Shown here: piece by piece, positions 62,677-64,000 of the stretch
Position numbering within the stretch: the first letter of the stretch is position 1
Layout: every line of letters starts with the position of its first letter
Origin: Cetorhinus maximus
Lineage: Eukaryota
Length of the DNA stretch: 64,000 nucleotides
NCBI RefSeq assembly: GCF_964194155.1
Contig: NC_135901.1
Location: forward strand, 5,518,001 to 5,582,000
Reading direction: 5' to 3'
The notes under the pieces: model-generated
What the model saw: only the letters and a program-made list of their open reading frames with translations
What the model was told of the DNA's origin: nothing
Database searches by the model: none
Made by a program: the position numbers and the translations under genes

Positions 62677-63158
62677 GATGCCTGGATGAGTGCAGCTCCA
62701 ATAAAACTCAAGAAGCTTGACACCATCCAGGACAAAGCAGCCCTCTTGATTGGCACCCCATCCACAAACCTTCACTCCCTCCACCACCGACGAACAGTAG
62801 CAGCTGTGTGTACCATCTATAAGATGCACTGCAGGAATCCACCTAGGCTCCTTCGATAGCATTTTCCAAACCCACGACTACTACCCATCTAGAAAGACAA
62901 GGGCAGCAGATAGATGGGAACACCGCCACCTGGAAGTTCCCCTCCAAATCACTCACCTTCCTGACTTGGAAATATATCCCGTTCCTTCACTGTCACTGGG
63001 TCAACATCGCTCCCTAACAGCACTGTGGGTGTACCTACACCACATGGACTGCAGCGGTTCAAGAAGGCAGCTCACCACCACCTTCTCAACGGCAACTCGG
63101 GATGGGCAGTAAATGCTGCCCCAGCCAGTGAAGCCCACATCCCGTGAATGAATAAAAG
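62677..63158 (+). mobile_element. CR1/L2-group LINE 3' end in the inferred intron of locus 10
   Basis: AWMSAAP-KLKKLDTIQDKAA...IYKMHC motif; tail CCCGTGAATGAATAAAA. Confidence 0.85.
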
Positions 63159-63384
63159 AACCAATGTCCAGCCTGATACAAACCGGCTCTTCATTGATCT
63201 GGGAGCTGCGGCCCCGCTCGGTGCAAACGGGGAGGGGGGAACCGGTCAGTTTATTTCCGGGGTTTGCGGTTTACACAACATGTTTCCGGAGCCTCTCCGT
63301 CCACCCGCCGGATCCATCGCTCCCTCCGCCCCGCCGTCCCCCCCTTTACCCATTGTGGACCCGTCTGCCCATCGCCATTACCCG

Positions 63385-63530
63385 CACTGCGGATGCTCCA
63401 GTCACTGCCCGGCCCCGCCCCTCATTCATTTCGATTGGTTGGAGGACCAGCCACTCCTGTAGGTTCCTCCAGTTCCCCTTCCCTTTCCCTATTGGTCCGG
63501 AGCTGCCGTCAATCACCCGGGCACTGTGAC
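63385..63530. promoter_or_regulatory. promoter module type I (probable promoter of locus 10)
   Basis: CCCCGCCCC, GATTGGTTGGAGG, ATTGG at 63491 and CTGCCGTCAATCA. Confidence 0.7.
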
Positions 63531-63656
63531 AGTTTCAAACGCTGTGAGCGGCCACAGACTCAGCCTGACTTGCTGATTCTTGGCAGCATTTTCTGTTTGG
63601 GAATTAGAGCTAGAGATGGATGGTCAGTTCCCCTCTGTCCGGGGGGATTCACACTC

Positions 63657-63728
63657 ATTTCCCCAGTGCAGTGATTATCACCTTTACTTTATATGAGAAA
63701 GTCCCCGGTTCAATCCTGGCTGGAAACT
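63657..63728 (+). pseudogene. degenerate tRNA-Val pseudogene
   Basis: ATTTCCCCAGTGCAGTGATTATCACC...GAAAGTCCCCGGTTCAATCCTGGCTGGAAAC is colinear with vertebrate tRNA-Val (GTTTCCGTAGTGTAGTGGTTATCACG...GAAAGGTCCCCGGTTCGAAACCGGGCGGAAAC); stems and anticodon are degraded. Confidence 0.7.
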
Positions 63729-63864
63729 TTGTGTTTAACATTGTTACTGATGAGGAATTAACAGTGAGTTTAGTTTCATGTCGAACAGGGTGACAGTTCC
63801 TGTTGTCTCATTCCAGAGAAAACGGATCCACTCTGACCCAAAAACAAAATACTGTAATACTCCA

Positions 63865-64000
63865 GGTGGAAACCCGACCTAGAACTAGGGGGGGGTCACT
63901 GTTTAAAAATAATGGTGGCCCATTTAAGACAGAGATGAGGGGATTTTTTTTCTCGCAGAAGGTCATGAGTCTTTGCAACTCTCTTCCTCAAAAGGCGGTG
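63865..64000 (+). mobile_element. CR1 3' fragment running off the window
   Basis: RTRG...PFKTEMR...FSQKV-SL-NSLPQKAV remnant. Confidence 0.65.

Overview
Vertebrate genomic DNA. The mix of CR1, L2, Penelope and Deu-type SINE repeats and the zinc-finger style suggest a cartilaginous fish (inference). The window is a repeat-rich cluster of about 10 paralogous tandem C2H2 zinc-finger loci with no KRAB/SCAN/BTB domain: 5 essentially intact ORFs of 8-21 fingers, 1 degenerate ORF, 2 pseudogenes and 2 terminal relics. They share a conserved splice acceptor, frame-broken fossil fingers upstream of the start, a diagnostic PSxLE finger at the array start, a conserved 3' UTR and a recurring GC-box/CCAAT/PBX-type promoter module. 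The most striking feature is a U1 snRNA gene (octamer about -205, 3' box) split by a 5'-truncated Tx1/L1-clade retrotransposon with a poly(A) tail and a perfect 14-bp target-site duplication. This is a candidate U1-targeting site-specific retrotransposon that creates a U1-head/LINE-tail chimera. Also present: Penelope-like elements with minimal hammerhead-ribozyme motifs, a near-full-length CR1 nested in an L2, a solo LTR with TSD, a G-rich minisatellite in a bidirectional promoter, and a tRNA-Val pseudogene. Repeat boundaries are approximate (read by eye), and exon/promoter calls are inferred without transcript data.
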